DNA of 64,000 bases from Tubulanus polymorphus (GCF_964204645.1 NC_134026.1:3371950-3435949), one strand, 5' to 3'. Shown: positions 38,660 through 53,130, counted from the first letter of the stretch. A program made the numbers and translations. The notes: generated by a model not told the origin, from the letters alone.

Positions 38660-41308
38660 CTGAAAATAGATGAGAAAAAAAGATCGATTCATCGAGTTCG
38701 TCGTCTGATTTTTACGATTCTATCGATCGTGAAGTCGTCCGCGAATACTAACACATCACATCACGAGTTCCTCAGTTGTCGTTCCTGAGGGTTAAAGATC
38801 GGAAATACATTTACCAAACTCTACATAGAAACAATTTCAACCCACTATGCTGGAATCAGATTTAGAGGTGGCAATGCCTGGGCGTCCCCAGTATTTTTCA
38901 AGGGGTTGGGTCTAATTTCTATTCAAAAGAGTCAAATCCACTGGATACAAGATTTTACAACCCAACAAACAACCTAAACCATAATAAAGTCCCTATAATA
39001 TGTACATTATACTAAAAGCTGTAGTCATGCTCTAGAATATACAATTCTAGATATAAATTCTTCTCATAGTGGAAAAATTGCATAACTTATGAAGTTGAAA
39101 AAATATTTCTTCAGCATTTGAAAAAGGGCACTATGGCCCCTGAACCCCCGTTGGGATGCACATGAAGTGAAGGTTTCTTTTTGATTAATCGAACTGTTAT
39201 GTGTTACTCGATATTGCTACCATACACTGCACCATGAGCTGTATGCTCTGAAAAAAAGCTTAACCCATCGGTTATCACCATTTTGAAAATGAATACCGGT
39301 ATATAGGTTTTCAATCTAGTAGAATTACACGCATATCTCATAGTTCCTGCATTATGAATTATTCAACCAGGCAAATGCTCTACTTCATGCAGCAGTCTAA
39401 ATATGCGCTAACGATTCAGTCTTTTTACTTCAAAAAAAAAACTCCATCGATGCCATCGGCAATTATTTTTACACACAGGATCGATATCAAACAACTCCCA
39501 TATACTATATATTTTCATCGAAGATACACCATGCATTTATTCTAATGGACATGACTTTCATCTGCAATATGAATGGAACCAGTAAAACTTCATCGAAATA
39601 TTCAAGAGAAAATGTTTATGATTCATCAGCTGGTCTATGGCTCAGTATACATGTAATGACATTGGTATTTTGTGGCCAAAGGGTTAAGCGAAAAATTACA
39701 GAATCAAGAATCGAGTTCCACAGTTGTAACTGGCTCCATTTCTTTCAAAGCCTGACATAGTGTGGTCATTAGACCTGTTTTTAATTACTTGGAGTACAGA
39801 TCCGGCTGCCGGAATTCTGCAAAAATCATCAATTTATAATTTTTTTCTCTAGTCCTTGTGTTTTCATTACAATTAAGAACAATTTTTTTTTCGTTATAAA
39901 CGTCTTGATTCTTAATCTAATAACTTGCAAAAGTTATGTTCATCTTAATTTTCAATCTTGTGGATTGCAAAATAATTTGTTGGTAAACCGTGATGAGTGA
40001 AATGGTAAAAAGCAGGGAGGCTGGTATTCAACAATGAAACGACAATGATGTATGATTTTACGATTATACAAATCCACAACAGTCATTTCTATTCACGAGA
40101 ACAAAATGAAATCGTAAATCATCGCTACATTTTCTGATCGTAGTCATGCAACACAACAATAAAATTCATTTGAATCATGGATCGTAGAATATCATGGATA
40201 CGAGCCTTGGAAACGGAACAAACACACTTTCAGTAAGAATCAAGCACGCTCATTCCGTAGCCCGAGAATTAAGCTCAACTGACAAAATCTTCGCCGCGAT
40301 TCTAGTTATGTTATAGTTATGTTATATAGTTAATTCAATATCATTCAATTTATTACAAATCAAGCAATCATTCTAGGCATAGCCAAGTACCTGGTCTAGA
40401 CCCCTAGAGGCTGGTTTATTGATTTATTAATAAAGCTGACTTTTAACCTAAGAACAAAAGGAAACAACTATTTTAATCACTGCGTGAACTATGGCGCATT
40501 GCTTACCTAATTAGCCTCATCAAATAGGGATAAGAGATTAGACTAAAAACCTGAATCGAATTGCCCGAGATGAAAATAACAGTTACTATGGCAATGCATT
40601 ATTAATAGCGGATATCGCAGACCTTGACTGAGAGCAACTCATGCCCTCGGGCTTCCATAGTTAACTCATTACTGCTAGTTTTATTTTTCATATTCAATCA
40701 CGTTCAGGACCGTTATACTTGTATCATCCGGTCTGCGTACGTACGCGATCCATCAGACTCAATCGAAATTCAGAATTCAATGAAATCATTGTGGAACCAG
40801 TTAATGGCGTCATTAACTAGCATTAACAATCCATTGATTCGCCGCATACCCAAGTTTCATCACATAACTCCTCTTGACTCATGATTATTACATTAAAATT
40901 TAATAAGCATTTTACTAATTAGATAATGTTGGTAATATTATATTATACATAGGTAATGTAGGTGACGTTGAAAGGTTCAAAACCACTGCTGTTCGATATG
41001 ATATCATCATTCAATTCTGGGATGCTCCACATCTTACCATATAAGTGTATGAGAAAACCTACTAGTTTTATGAAAGAGAAACTCACTTCATAGTTTCAAA
41101 TGATTTGTAGCACTGACAGGATAGACAAGCTAGAGTTGACTACGAAGTGAGAAAATATTCTACTTGACCTCTCAAATGAGGAACTGGACACCAAACACAC
41201 CAATAATCATTCTTAGTTTTTTACCAAAGATATATAATTCTAGAATTTTTGGATATATCAGAATTTTTTAGTAAAGTTGTTGTTAGAGCCGTAATAATCG
41301 AAACTCAC

Positions 41309-41357
41309 CAGTTTTGCACCAGTTGCAATGACATCCACAATTGTCTTTTGGAAACAT
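41309..41357 (-). CDS. Candidate alternative first exon, Cys-rich (MFPKDNCGCHCNWCKT)
   Basis: gaaATG open to strong donor CTG|GTGAGT, phase 1; CpG-rich region 41500-41970 upstream. Confidence 0.55.
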
Positions 41358-42941
41358 TTCTCAACTCGCGTTATCCGATTACTACGAACAAATCCATCCG
41401 CTCAATAAGTGGTTAAATCAATTCTAGCCACAAGTTACTGATCAACTCTTTTCTAATTTCTATGAATCTATCAGTATCGCAGAATGTCATCAATATTGAT
41501 ACAGAGTATCGACGATGACTCCAGAACGCTCACACGACTTCGTAACAAAAACAGTTGCCGTGCGAGCAATCAGTATTATAGAGCTCACTCGCTCCGAGAA
41601 CTCGCAGAACGTGAAGACTATTAAATCAATTTATCACTTGCAATAACGGACAGCTCTCGTGCAGTCAACAATGATCCTATGAAACGCGTAATCTAACACG
41701 CGCTCGCCCATCGCCGAGAGCGACGTGATGCAGGAATCACTCGGGCATACAGAGCTTCGTCATCGTTAGCGCCGGAGTGGATTTTAATTTGAAAAGGTGG
41801 CGAAGATTGCTTTCTTTTCGCGGCGAGGTCGAAATAACGGCCGTAAAAAGGAATATTGATCGATCGGTCGATACGGTTGTTTGAATAGGAAAAAACTAAT
41901 TAAACGAAATTAAACTCATGGCTCCGACTCGGGAGCTATGACACATACTGCATGCTCAGGAGGGCCGACGATATTCATCAGAATTTGTATTTTAACGTCA
42001 GAAAGTGAACAATGAAAAGGTCGTTTCATCTCAAGAGTAATAACACCACAAAGTTTTATTGCCAATACAACATTTGCATCAAAATCGAGTTCAATATATA
42101 ACTTACCGAGAAGGAAAATAAAGAAGAAATGCTAGTGTTCAGTGAATGATATGCAGTGGAAAAATTTCACAGTTTATTACTGCGTATAATTAATAAGTAT
42201 ATGCATTGAAGGTAGTGATCCTTTTATGCCGTAAAAAGATAATTCGAAATCACTGAACCAAATAGAACGCACCGTAAAAGTGACGACCTAAGCCCGTTAT
42301 AAGGCCGATGTATATTAAAATGTCATAGCGTCAATAAAAAATCCTGTCACTACGAGGAGTACTTGTAGGCAAACACATTCTACTAAACTCAATAAAATCG
42401 AGCAAATACCATTCTGCGTGTTTCCTGAAAAACTCACTCTCCAGAATAAAATGGGTCTTTTATTCGAAATCCTGTCGTCATCAATCTGACAAAAGACAAC
42501 TGGATCAGAGGTCGCCGAAACCGTTCCTCTATTACACCAAATAAACTATATACAACAAAAGTGACTATGGAAAGCCAGCAATGTCAAAATGTTTTCAGCT
42601 CGACATAATGAATTTTCGTTTTTTTCATGCGGTGATAAATGCTTGATCTAATCACTGTAGATTTGCTTCATATTAGCGTAGGTGCGATATATTTTGATAA
42701 ATCACAACCAGTAAAATAGAATATTTTCATATTTCCCTGATGTCAAAAATAAAATTAACGAACGTGACAGTTTGAAAGTGTTTGATATAAAAGACTGAAT
42801 TAAAATATCTTACAAAATCAATTATCTATAAAGAGATATAATCTACCGAGTGTAGGAGTTAGGGCCTAATACAAATTCAGTTTATCAGCAAACTAACTGC
42901 CAATGAAAAATCCTAAATTCATTTATACCATCGACACTTAC

Positions 42942-42957
42942 CATCAACATCAGCCAT
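42942..42957 (-). CDS. Candidate alternative first exon (MADVD)
   Basis: atcATGG Kozak-like context; consensus donor G|GTAAGT, phase 1. Confidence 0.5.
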
Positions 42958-43783
42958 GATAGCTCAGAATTTGTAACAATTTAATCCGAAATAACGGGAT
43001 GTGGGTAGCCCTAGAATATCGACAAGAGCGAATTGTAGACCAACAACAACCAACGCAGCGACCAAACAGAAGCCACGCATGACTTCGTAACAACGTTAAG
43101 GATCCTAGCGGTCAACAGACCATGGTCGGGGCAATAAAATATTTCAGTTGAGGCTTACGAATAACGACGACTTTAAGGAATTCGTTGGAGTTATGTTTGT
43201 ATAGTTGAAGACCTAAAGCTCACATAAAAGATTTTTGTAAAGGATTTATGTCTTCGTGTATAAGTGAAGGATTGTTTGCATGACTACACTGTAGATCATT
43301 AATCGCCAACAATAACTGACCAACTGTTTGATTTACAATTACATTTTAGCATTACTTATATCAGTTCCAGTGGGTTATGACTGAAAAGGTTATTGCAGTG
43401 CCCTCAATTTTACAAAGCTGACAACAAGACATGGCCAAATTGATAATTACCACACGTTAGAGGAAGGCATGATTGTTGTTCTGTTGTTCCTCAAGTCATA
43501 GTCAGATTGTCAATTTGCTATATGTTGTCCCTGTTTTCGAGTCCTCATTTGTATTTCCAATTCAATTTACTATTGGTAAGTATCGTCATGTGGATAAGTC
43601 ATCTCAACTATGACGTATTGCCTTTCGCTTTTACATTGTTTATGGACAGTCACAGCATAATCTCTATGGCCTTTACATCCTCGATGGGCTGGGTAATTTA
43701 TCCTATGTAACTGTTTTATATCTTATTCCCTGAAGGCCACGTCAAGTTCATAAAATATTTGACTTAGCGTAACATTCTCTCAC

Positions 43784-43888
43784 CTGGCCTAGATCCGTTC
43801 ATGATGCTGTTGTATTTGGCTTCAATTTGAGCCGCTGCGTTATCGGCATCACTCAAAACTCCGCTAAACTTGCCATATTCATCTTCAA
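43784..43888 (-). CDS. Internal exon (EDEYGKFSGVLSDADNAAAQIEAKYNSIMNGSRP)
   Basis: Acceptor cattgtAG; donor CAG|GTGAGA; 105 nt, phase 1-1. Confidence 0.85.
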
Positions 43889-44284
43889 CTACAATGTATG
43901 ATATAAAACAGAATTGCATGATCTTTTAACATTCATTCTGCTTCTGTCTCATCTTTCCCAGAGAAGTGTATATATATTTATATATCTGTTGTAGACAGAA
44001 TAATGTCAGAAGTTCATCACAAACCAAAAGCCCATCACACATATTCCTGCTTCCAGGATTCCATTTAATTAGTCCATCAATGAAAGCACCGCCACCAAGT
44101 TAGATTACACAGAACTACAGTAAAAGCTCCATGTACTTGAACTATTGGATAATTGAGCACCATATTTCAATGAATTGGGGAATACAATGATCAAATCTTT
44201 TAAATTCTGGCTGTTAAAGTTCATTGTAATGAGGTTCAACTGTAAAATCAACGTGAGCTGAGTGAATCATCAATAACAACATAC

Positions 44285-44455
44285 CGGTGATATCAGTTAC
44301 ACTGCCTAAATCATCGTCATCGTCATCAACATCATCACTATCATCATCTTCATCTTGTTCGTCGTTCAAGTTCAGAGTGCAATCCGACACATCATCCGGT
44401 AAACTGCCAGTACCTAAACCGGTATCATCATGACTGGACATACTTTTCCGTGTGA
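44285..44455 (-). CDS. Internal Asp-rich exon (TRKSMSSHDDTGLGTGSLPDD...DDDLGSVTDIT)
   Basis: Acceptor ttgttgcAG; donor G|GTATGT; 171 nt, phase 1-1. Confidence 0.88.
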
Positions 44456-45154
44456 CTGCAACAAAAGGTGTTAATTTCTATAGACACGCGTTAGCTGGTG
44501 GGGGTAAATAATAAAGCGGTGCTCCATGACAAAGCGGCCTTTGTTTTACAGTCAGGAGGCCCAAAGTTCGTTTTCATTTTCAAGGGGCCGATCTAGAAAT
44601 TTTTTTTAAAGGGGCATGTTTTTTTCTAAAATACTTGATCAAAAATTGGAGGATGCGTTCTAAATCAGCCCCTAATTTCTAACCATTGAACTTCCCTTCA
44701 AATATATGGGTAAGCTTTACTGATTCAGAAGGATACATTATGCCATACATAAAAATTACCAATGCTGTCCCTTATGTACAAAGTTTATGAGTGCAAATAT
44801 AAATAGATGTTTGCAGATGCAGTGATATTACAGGCTTTAAAGCATTATTTGATTATTTATGCCAGAGAAGGTACAGAAGCTCGGTTATCATAAGCCGCTT
44901 TTTTGAGCCCCGCCAAAGACACTTCTAGTGAGACAGCTCCAAGCAATCACTGTCACCACTGATCTCATTTTAACCCATTAAACCATCAAACCTAAAAATA
45001 GCTTTCTTAATTAAAGACAGCCGGTGATAATCTTAAGATTTTTTTGCAATTTTCAAAGATACACATGTATTGACTGACATTCTCTGATATGATGCCAAAA
45101 ATGCTTGAGCAATCGCGGCTTAATACAGACAGTGATATGAATCTCGATCTTTAC

Positions 45155-45260
45155 CTTTTCCATCTTCGGGCTCGGTTTCATCTCCGGAATCGAATTCAAC
45201 TCCACACGTCCTCAGAGTTCTTCGTTCCACTTGACCGGGATGTACACAACGAGGCAAACT
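45155..45260 (-). CDS. Internal exon (SLPRCVHPGQVERRTLRTCGVEFDSGDETEPEDGK)
   Basis: Acceptor ctgtttcAG, phase 0; donor AAG|GTAAAG, phase 1; 106 nt. Confidence 0.8.
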
Positions 45261-46588
45261 CTGAAACAGATTTTCCGATATTTCAAAATCTCGGCCACAT
45301 CTGATAAATACCATTAACTACAGCGATTCGCTAGCGCAGTGTTTAAATCATTATGATCGATACATACAATAAGATAAGTGATTGACATTTTTTTCTAATG
45401 TCACCGACCACATATCGAAAATCCATATTATCCGAAATATTGCTCCAAAAATATATGGTTCGATAACAATACGCACAACCTCTATTAATACCGGTCTCTT
45501 ATCGAAAAAAACAGCACGGTTAAATCAACTCCAGTCGTCGTTTTATCCAGATACGGAATGATGTTTACAGTAGCGAGAACCAGTAGTATTGAATTTATCT
45601 TACATTTCACTGAATTCATATACGTTATATATTTATCCAAGCATGATGCGTATTTCAATCAAAGGTGTGGCAGTCATGAATACTCTCGATATCAGCGACT
45701 AAATCATCATATGTGTAACTTAATAACGCGCAGAACGCGGCATCCAGCTACTTTGTTATATTAAAACTTGATGTCGCGTTGGTTCAGTTCGTGTCTCCGA
45801 TGCATGTCTAGGAGCCTAGTAGTCACAGATACAGATACTGATGATGACGGATATATGCTAGTGTATCTCTCATTTACAGGCGTGATAAGAAAGATCAACA
45901 ATAGATTCATTAGACAGGATGGATGACTTATATAAACGAGTTGTCAATAGAAATGGGCTGATGATGATGATGATCATGATATGCATTTGCGGTTGGAACA
46001 TCTTACCAAATATAAATCTTCTCATAAAACAACACGTATCTGCACGTATAATCATATCAATTCCATCATGAAGATTGATTTTCATAACATGTTGCTTTCG
46101 TGGCTCAGGTGTCTCTTCTGCCGGTCAAGTTTCAGTGAATTGCTCCACATGGTAATATGTACATTGCACAGAGCACAAAATTACAAGCCACACCCTGAGC
46201 AACTTTTGAAAGATTCATCCATGTAGTCTAAAGGTGCTTAGGCCAAATGTAGGAAAAACCTTTGCGAAAACCTTAAAAAAGACCATGCTTACGCGGCAGC
46301 GATCCCGTTGTATCACGGGAATTTTTAATCAATTACCAATAACAGCTGATGATTTATCAAATCAATCTGTTACTTAATGGAAGCAAGTCTTTCTATCAAG
46401 TCCAGTCAGTCTTTTCTTTTTTCATACTGGTCTTGTCAACTTGGTTCATAAATAGCAACTTTAGCAACTTGCAACTTGATTAACCTCCCTCCCCCTGTGC
46501 ATAGAGGAAATAAGAAACCTCACATATAACGCCCTAAGCGAGTTAGGGAGGGACAAAATTTCATCAGAAATAACTCGCTGCTACTGAC

Positions 46589-46881
46589 CGGCATGTCTCC
46601 TCTTATATTTTCCAGCTCTTCGTCGATTTGATTCATAATCGCATCGCAAGCGTTCAAATCGGGATAATCGTCGACCGGTGAATATCTGGATAGTTGACTT
46701 ATTTTCTGCATCTCATCGGCGTAGTAATGCTCGCGTAATTCAACATCGTTCGGCGTCGAGGATTTCCGACGCTGCTGACCAACAACAAGTGATTTGTCTT
46801 CAGTGACATTCGACTTGTCTATTGCCGACTCGGTGGATTGTGCTCGGACAGGTTCAATGCGAACAGCAGGCGATTCTGAGA
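46589..46881 (-). CDS. Internal exon (SESPAVRIEPV...NACDAIMNQIDEELENIRGDMP)
   Basis: Acceptor atttccAG, phase 1; donor CCG|GTCAGT, phase 0; 293 nt. Confidence 0.85.
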
Positions 46882-47491
46882 CTGGAAATATAAACAACAA
46901 ACAGTAGAATTTGCAATACGGCATAACTCATAACCAGGAATCAATGCAGAGCTTTCTTCATCTGGAACACTATTTCGAGTTTTTAACATTTTGGTTATCG
47001 AAAGGATGAACTAACTACCATAACAGCAGATACTAGATCAAAATTCTGAGTTTTGAAGATGTTTGATGAGGTCTGGCAAAGTTTCTTAAATTGGACATCA
47101 AGAGAATCATTCATTCTTGTAATACATTCTATAACAATGTGTACGTATTAGAAGCCATTAGAAAGAATTTACATTCATAGCACTTGAAAATCTCTTTTGA
47201 AATCTGTGCCTGCTTTATGAGTGGAACTGATCCCGCTATTGAAATACCGCTCAAAATCCTCATTAATAAAACGAACAGCAGAAGACAGATTTAGATTGTA
47301 ATACAGTATGTTAAATTTACTATTGTCAAGTAGAGAGTAAGATTTGCCTTATATACAGAAATAAGGTAAAAACATACAGTCTCAGGTCAACAACTATAAA
47401 ATTCAATCGCTATAAATTGCAGTAGTAATTGGGTGAAAATCTTCCATTGCAAATAAAAAGTAACGCAAAGCTGTGATGAATAGTTAATTAC

Positions 47492-47570
47492 CTTTAATAC
47501 TGTCCTTACGATCCAACACTTCTGCATCACTGAGCTCTGCATCTGCTTCTGATCCATTATCCTCTGGAGG
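47492..47570 (-). CDS. Internal exon (PPEDNGSEADAELSDAEVLDRKDSIK)
   Basis: Acceptor atttacAG, phase 0; donor AAG|GTAATT, phase 1; 79 nt. Confidence 0.85.
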
Positions 47571-48040
47571 CTGTAAATATATCATAAAAATAGAGTGTTA
47601 AGATGAAATCTTATAACTGATGATGTGCTCAACACTGATTTGTCAGTCGTGCATAATTAGACAATAAGAGATACCATTAAAGTAAGCCTCCTATAAATAA
47701 AGCTCTTATTAAATTTGTCATCTTAAGACGAGATACCATTGAGGATTTATCAAAACCGATGACTTGAACAAACATCGTCCTGCGCATGAAATGTATTTTG
47801 AAATGAAATTTAACAAGTCAAGATCTCACAATTTTATGAGGTTTCATTGCCAAACTATTTTTCCGCTTTATCTTTTGCCTTGTTTTTAGTTATGTTAAGG
47901 TTTTAAGGGTTTAGTTTTTAGAAGATGCTCAGCGGCCGAGCGGTTTACGTCAACCAGTCACTGGACTGGGGACTGGTCAATTCAGAGTCCATGGAATCAA
48001 ATTCTGATGACGCCTCTGGCCTCCTGCATAATTCCCTGAG

Positions 48041-48321
48041 CAGTGTGGCCACTTTCTGCCCATTTACAAATCCCCTTCGTTTTCCCTGATTTTTCCATGC
48101 GATTAAAGAAAATTCCCTGAGTGAATCAGAGAAAGTTTTACGTTCAAAATGTATTCATTTTTCATTGAATCAAGTATTGATAAAGGCGGTCACTAACATT
48201 ATCCGAATTCAACGAGTTTTCCAGGTTTTTGGTAAAATTTGTCAAATTCCCTACAGTTTTCCCTAATTTTTTTTCTAGATTCCCTGAGTTATTCAGGTTT
48301 TCCAGGTCAGTGGTCACCCTG
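48041..48321. mobile_element. MITE family C with CAG(G/T)GT TIRs and internal ttccctga repeats
   Basis: cagtgtggccact ... agtggtcaccctg, flanked by CTGAG on both sides; degenerate relative near 34326-34590. Confidence 0.7.
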
Positions 48322-48364
48322 CTGAGTGGTGCTCTGTGGGTCGAGCGATTTAACAGATTCTTAC

Positions 48365-48591
48365 CGGCGATTTAATTTTTGTTCTCGATTTCGAGTCCGA
48401 ACGGTTGAATCGCGTACGCTCGGGACGTCCTAGTTTCGACTCGGAATCGGCGCGTTTCAATTTAGTCTTCGTATTGTTAATCTGAGCCCGAGCCTCGGTA
48501 CAGTCGAGGTTACCGGGAAGCGAACCGGCTCGAAACAGTTTACATTTACTTTCTTTGGCGACATTTTCGATGGTTTCCTCTTCTTTATCAT
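48365..48591 (-). CDS. Internal exon (DKEEETIENVAKESKCKLFRAGSLPGNLD...SKSRTKIKSP)
   Basis: Acceptor cgttacAG, phase 1; donor CCG|GTAAGA, phase 0; 227 nt. Confidence 0.88.
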
Positions 48592-48963
48592 CTGTAACGA
48601 AATGGAAAAAATATTTGATTCGATCTGTTTAGACACGCGACAGACGTGCAAAATCACGAAATGAAAAACCTCTGCTCATTTTCACTTCGTCGAATAAAAC
48701 GCTAATCCATGTCAACAGAAGTGAAATATTTAAATGAAACCACAGTTTTGGCTGTCGACTAAACAACCATAATCAGGTGGCACAACGATGGTTCCATTCT
48801 ACCTGATGATGGCCGTTTAAGTCGAGAGCCAAATTGTTGTGGTTTCATCTTTATCCAAAATTCTGATTTTTCATTCACCATTTTCTCAAAAACACATAAA
48901 AACGTCTGTTTTTTTCTGATTGATGAAATTCATAAAATCACGACTACATCCCTAATAACAAAC

Positions 48964-49045
48964 CTTTCCCCAAATTCTGCTTCGCCAGAAGACGCCCGGT
49001 GATCAATCTATGAACTTTAAAAAACTCATCGTCATCACCGTTCAT
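48964..49045 (-). CDS. Candidate alternative first exon (MNGDDDEFFKVHRLITGRLLAKQNLGK)
   Basis: atcATG open to AAG|GTTTGT, phase 1, 372 nt above the acceptor at 48591. Confidence 0.4.
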
Positions 49046-50059
49046 GATGTAAATTCATACACACACACGAACAATAGAAAATACAGTTCCTTTCGTGATT
49101 CGAGACGAACACTATCGGTCAACACAGGTGGTACACAGAGGTAGTCGTAGTCGTAGTCGCCAATTAATCCATGTTAAAATACGAATATGTATTATACGCA
49201 TATATACACAGTTACGCGTGTGTACATACAGAGAACGTTACGGTTTCAAGAATTCAGCGAATCATTCGAACATGACCGCTGAAGAATATCTTCGATACGT
49301 TTTACGATCCCTTATTAGGAATTAGTAGCGGCTAACAACGTTAAAAACATATAAAATACATGAATCCGATATTTTCCATTCGCGTAGCAAGGTCTATATA
49401 TATATATATATATATATACATATACTTGTATATATGTAAAAAGAGTCGTTTTTTTTTCTCAAATAATAATAAAAACCACACGCACACTACGAGTTTGTAT
49501 GAAGCGAGAACTGTTAATTGAATTACTTCATTCATAGTAAACGAGAATGTTTTTTTTAATATCATTTCCCGCGTACATAATACACCGCCTTGACACCGAC
49601 ATAATTTCCGCTGTACAACGTTGGAAAAACATGAAATACATTTTCAGGACAATAAGTTATTGATATAAGACCTTTGTTTGAGTATACACAGGGCAAGAAC
49701 CCCCCCCCCACTTAATCAATATCTATTTGAATAGAATTAAAAAAATATCTCGTTGGAATGAAGCTTTTGAACTAATTGAAAGAAACGTTTATTATTGCTT
49801 TTTGATACCTATCGACCTGTAGGGGCCAGGCCAAAGATCCAATGACACAGAATCTGTAAAGCCGGTTTCACAAAATAACTTCACATTTTAGGTTCGATCT
49901 GCATTGAATGGCTGTAAGTTGAACAGGCTAATCTGTAAAAACTTGTATGACAGGACACTGATAGGAGAACAACAGTTCATCCAAAAACAATAGTGTTCCC
50001 ATCATCTGATTCAAGTGGAATCAAATTAAACATGAACAATCATGTATACTTAAAGGTAC

Positions 50060-50125
50060 TCACAATAATCCCTTGATCTTTGTTTTAATGCAATGAGAAC
50101 AATCCAGATCAAGGGATAATTGTGA
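50060..50125. repeat. Short foldback element
   Basis: tcacaataatcccttgatct ... agatcaagggataattgtga. Confidence 0.6.
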
Positions 50126-52246
50126 GAACAATTTAACTAAAGGTCCATTAAGACCAGGGATCAGTGACCACACAGCTAATAACAATCAATCTGTTAACTC
50201 GACCGCCGATCACACATCTATATCTGTACTGGGTCTGTAAGGGACACTCAATCGAAAAATCAAACCAAATTTACCAGCCAAATAAATAAATAATGGGGAC
50301 AATCCCTATTTTAAGATCAATAACAATCAATTCTAAAAGTTGATTTGATAATCCTGTATTTGGATGCAGATATTTCAGTACTTTTTCTGGGTTTAGACAA
50401 CATCTAATAGATGGATCGTATCATGGGCTAATCGCATCATTACTTTATTTAACTGGGCATAGGATTTTATAGTTTCAGTTCACTATATGCCTGATAATGT
50501 ACACTAGTTATGAAATATTTCAGTTCTAATGAATTATTAAAAGGATTTTTCTAATAGCATGATATCTCAAATTTAGTTCGCTAGTTCACGAAGAATGTAG
50601 ATATTTATTGACTGGCAATAAGTACACATTCACCAACAATGAATATATTTTTTCAATTCACTTTATTTTAACGGACTAGCACCCGATCTAACGGTAAAAC
50701 ACGGAACTACCATAAAATAATATCCTACTTGCGCATTCAATATGCTCATTAAGCATTACAAAGATATTTCTTTCATTGGGTTTTGGGATAGGTTCCATTC
50801 ACCAGTGAACTCCTTCAAAATTCAACATTTTCTTCAACATCCGATTATTAGGGTGGAAATTGGATTTTCTATTCTTCTGATTTAAGAAACCTGTCAGAAA
50901 ATCCCATTCTTGAAACACCTGCTTTAGATTTTGCAGGAAAGTTTCCATCATATAATATTCAATCCAATGATTTTTTGGATGCTTTTTGACATTGAATCAA
51001 TTTCCCTCAAGGTTTTTGAAGTAGTTCGAATTAGAAAATTATAGATTTTCACACCAAAACATTTTTTGTATAAGCGCTGATAGTAACTGGATAGAATGAT
51101 TTATGGATTTATGATATAATGAACTATATAAAGTACGTGTAAGACATGTTAAACCCTTTGAGAAACACTTTATTAGGACAGTTTAATAGTATTCTTAAGA
51201 TCACTCAAATAATGTCACAGTTTCGAAAAACTGTCAAATAAAATATCTGAAGTGAAATTAATTAAAAATTTTTCAGTTGATCTTTCTTGAAAGCACTTAA
51301 TGCCAGTGGACATTACCAATTTTCATAATTCTACGAAATTTCTATGAATCTTACTTAAAACCCGCACAAACATCGTTTAATTCAAACTATTACAAATCGA
51401 GGGAAATGACTTCAATACAAAAATATATCATGAATCACGTATTATGAATTGCTTTATGAATTACGTTTTCGCTTATGTAAAACTAACCCACGTGTGAACG
51501 AAACTTCCTTTCTAAAACTAATTTCGAAATACAAATAATACCAGATATGGGAACATGATAATTGAAATACTGAGAATGAGGTCTCTAACTGCCTGAAGCG
51601 GTATTATTGAAATTGTCCGCGTTGAAATGAACTTCAAACGATCCTATTATCGGTACATAGCAAAAGAACACTGCTGGTCTTACATTTTGTTATTAGAGAA
51701 TCCAATCTCACTGACTGTATGTTGACAGTAATATCAATGAACAAAGAGCTTTTTGTACGATTTAAATGTTTGATCAATTTTTTCTAGGTTTCGTTAAAGC
51801 GTAATAAATCTTGTACGGAGCAGGCTGAGCTGGGTTTAATGTTTGAGCGATTAAAATCATAATATCGGCGAAGTTGATCTAAAACGCTGTTGTTTTAATC
51901 ATACGAAATTCAACAGTAAAACACACGTCGCGGCTTAATCTAATTTATGGATTAAGGTTTTTCCGGCGGAATGCAAAAAATTGTCTACAAATATTTACAA
52001 CGTCAATTCACTATTCCATGGTAGGTATTACATCTAATCGATATACAATTTGAGATTTTTTTCGATTTGAGATTTGAAAATGAATCTAATAGAAACTACA
52101 AAAATGAAATGAAATGTCCTTCTTCAATCTCAAAACTGGTCTTAGAATTTAAGATCGATATCAATACTGACTTTGGTTTTTAAAATCTAAACCTTGACTA
52201 GAGCTGGGGTCTGCAAATTTCATTAAATATTTGCTCGGAATCTTAC

Positions 52247-52459
52247 CTCCAAATTTTGCCCTTAAACTCATTTTAATTCCTTCCAGTTTACTGAGCATCC
52301 GTTTCATATTTGAATCCATTTTTGACGGGAGCGACAAATTTGGGGTAACGACACTTTCCGGTTTCTGTTTTAGTCCCTCCATCGTCGGCCCGTTCTCATC
52401 GACGGCCGTGTTTATCCCAGTCGATTCAATATGCATCGTCGACGCGATAGTAAATATTC
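52247..52459 (-). CDS. Alternative first exon (ATG at 52436, MHIESTG...AKFG) or phase 1-1 cassette exon
   Basis: Strong donor GAG|GTAAGA, phase 1; possible weak acceptor ctgcAG at 52461-52460 (213 nt, in frame); CpG-rich DNA upstream. Confidence 0.6.
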
Positions 52460-53130
52460 CTGCAGTTACGTTCGACGAAATTAAACGACGGCGAGAGAAT
52501 ATTCAAACCCCCGATTAAAGAAAAAACTTGTCGCAAAATATCTATTCACCGCGCGATAAAATCCGATATTGGCAATTTACTTCATGTCGCTCGGAACAAA
52601 ATCAGCGGAAACCGGTAATCAACGTACACACGTTAGTTTGAAAATTCGCAATTAAAAAGTTCCACTGTTAGTTATCCACGTCTGTACATCACAATGGGCT
52701 GCCGATTCAGTCTAATTCATTGGCAATGTGTCCTAACATAATAAACAGCAGTACTGTCCAGAGGGAAGGGGACGAGCGCGACGTGGATGAATGAGCGCGT
52801 AGACAATAACATATAATCTTCATTTACGAGCACGGGTTGACTGACAAGCTTCAGCGCTTTCGAGCACATGAATAGAACAGTACTGTTTGAATTCAGCGAC
52901 GAGCGGGATCTGCTTTATCGCCGCGAAATAATTGGTATTAAATCGAAACGTTAATCCGTGCTGTATGTTCATATGTATTCAATAACCCAAAGTCAATTTG
53001 TTGTTAGAAACTGATTAAAGCGTCTCAAGTTTTAATCGGCGAGAAGCTTTTTAACAATAACATGACCTGTGACAAGTTATGTTTGTAGTAAAAACAATAT
53101 TACGAACCGTCGAGAGAGACCGCTATGAAA

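Noticed and set aside
38507-38692. ORF-track translations here and at 1379..1618 and 48457..48657
   Set aside because: Wrong frame; the exons overlap them in another frame fixed by splice phase.
45261-45300. Upstream acceptor at 45301 extending exon 45155-45260
   Set aside because: Phase 2, incompatible with the phase-0 donor at 46589.
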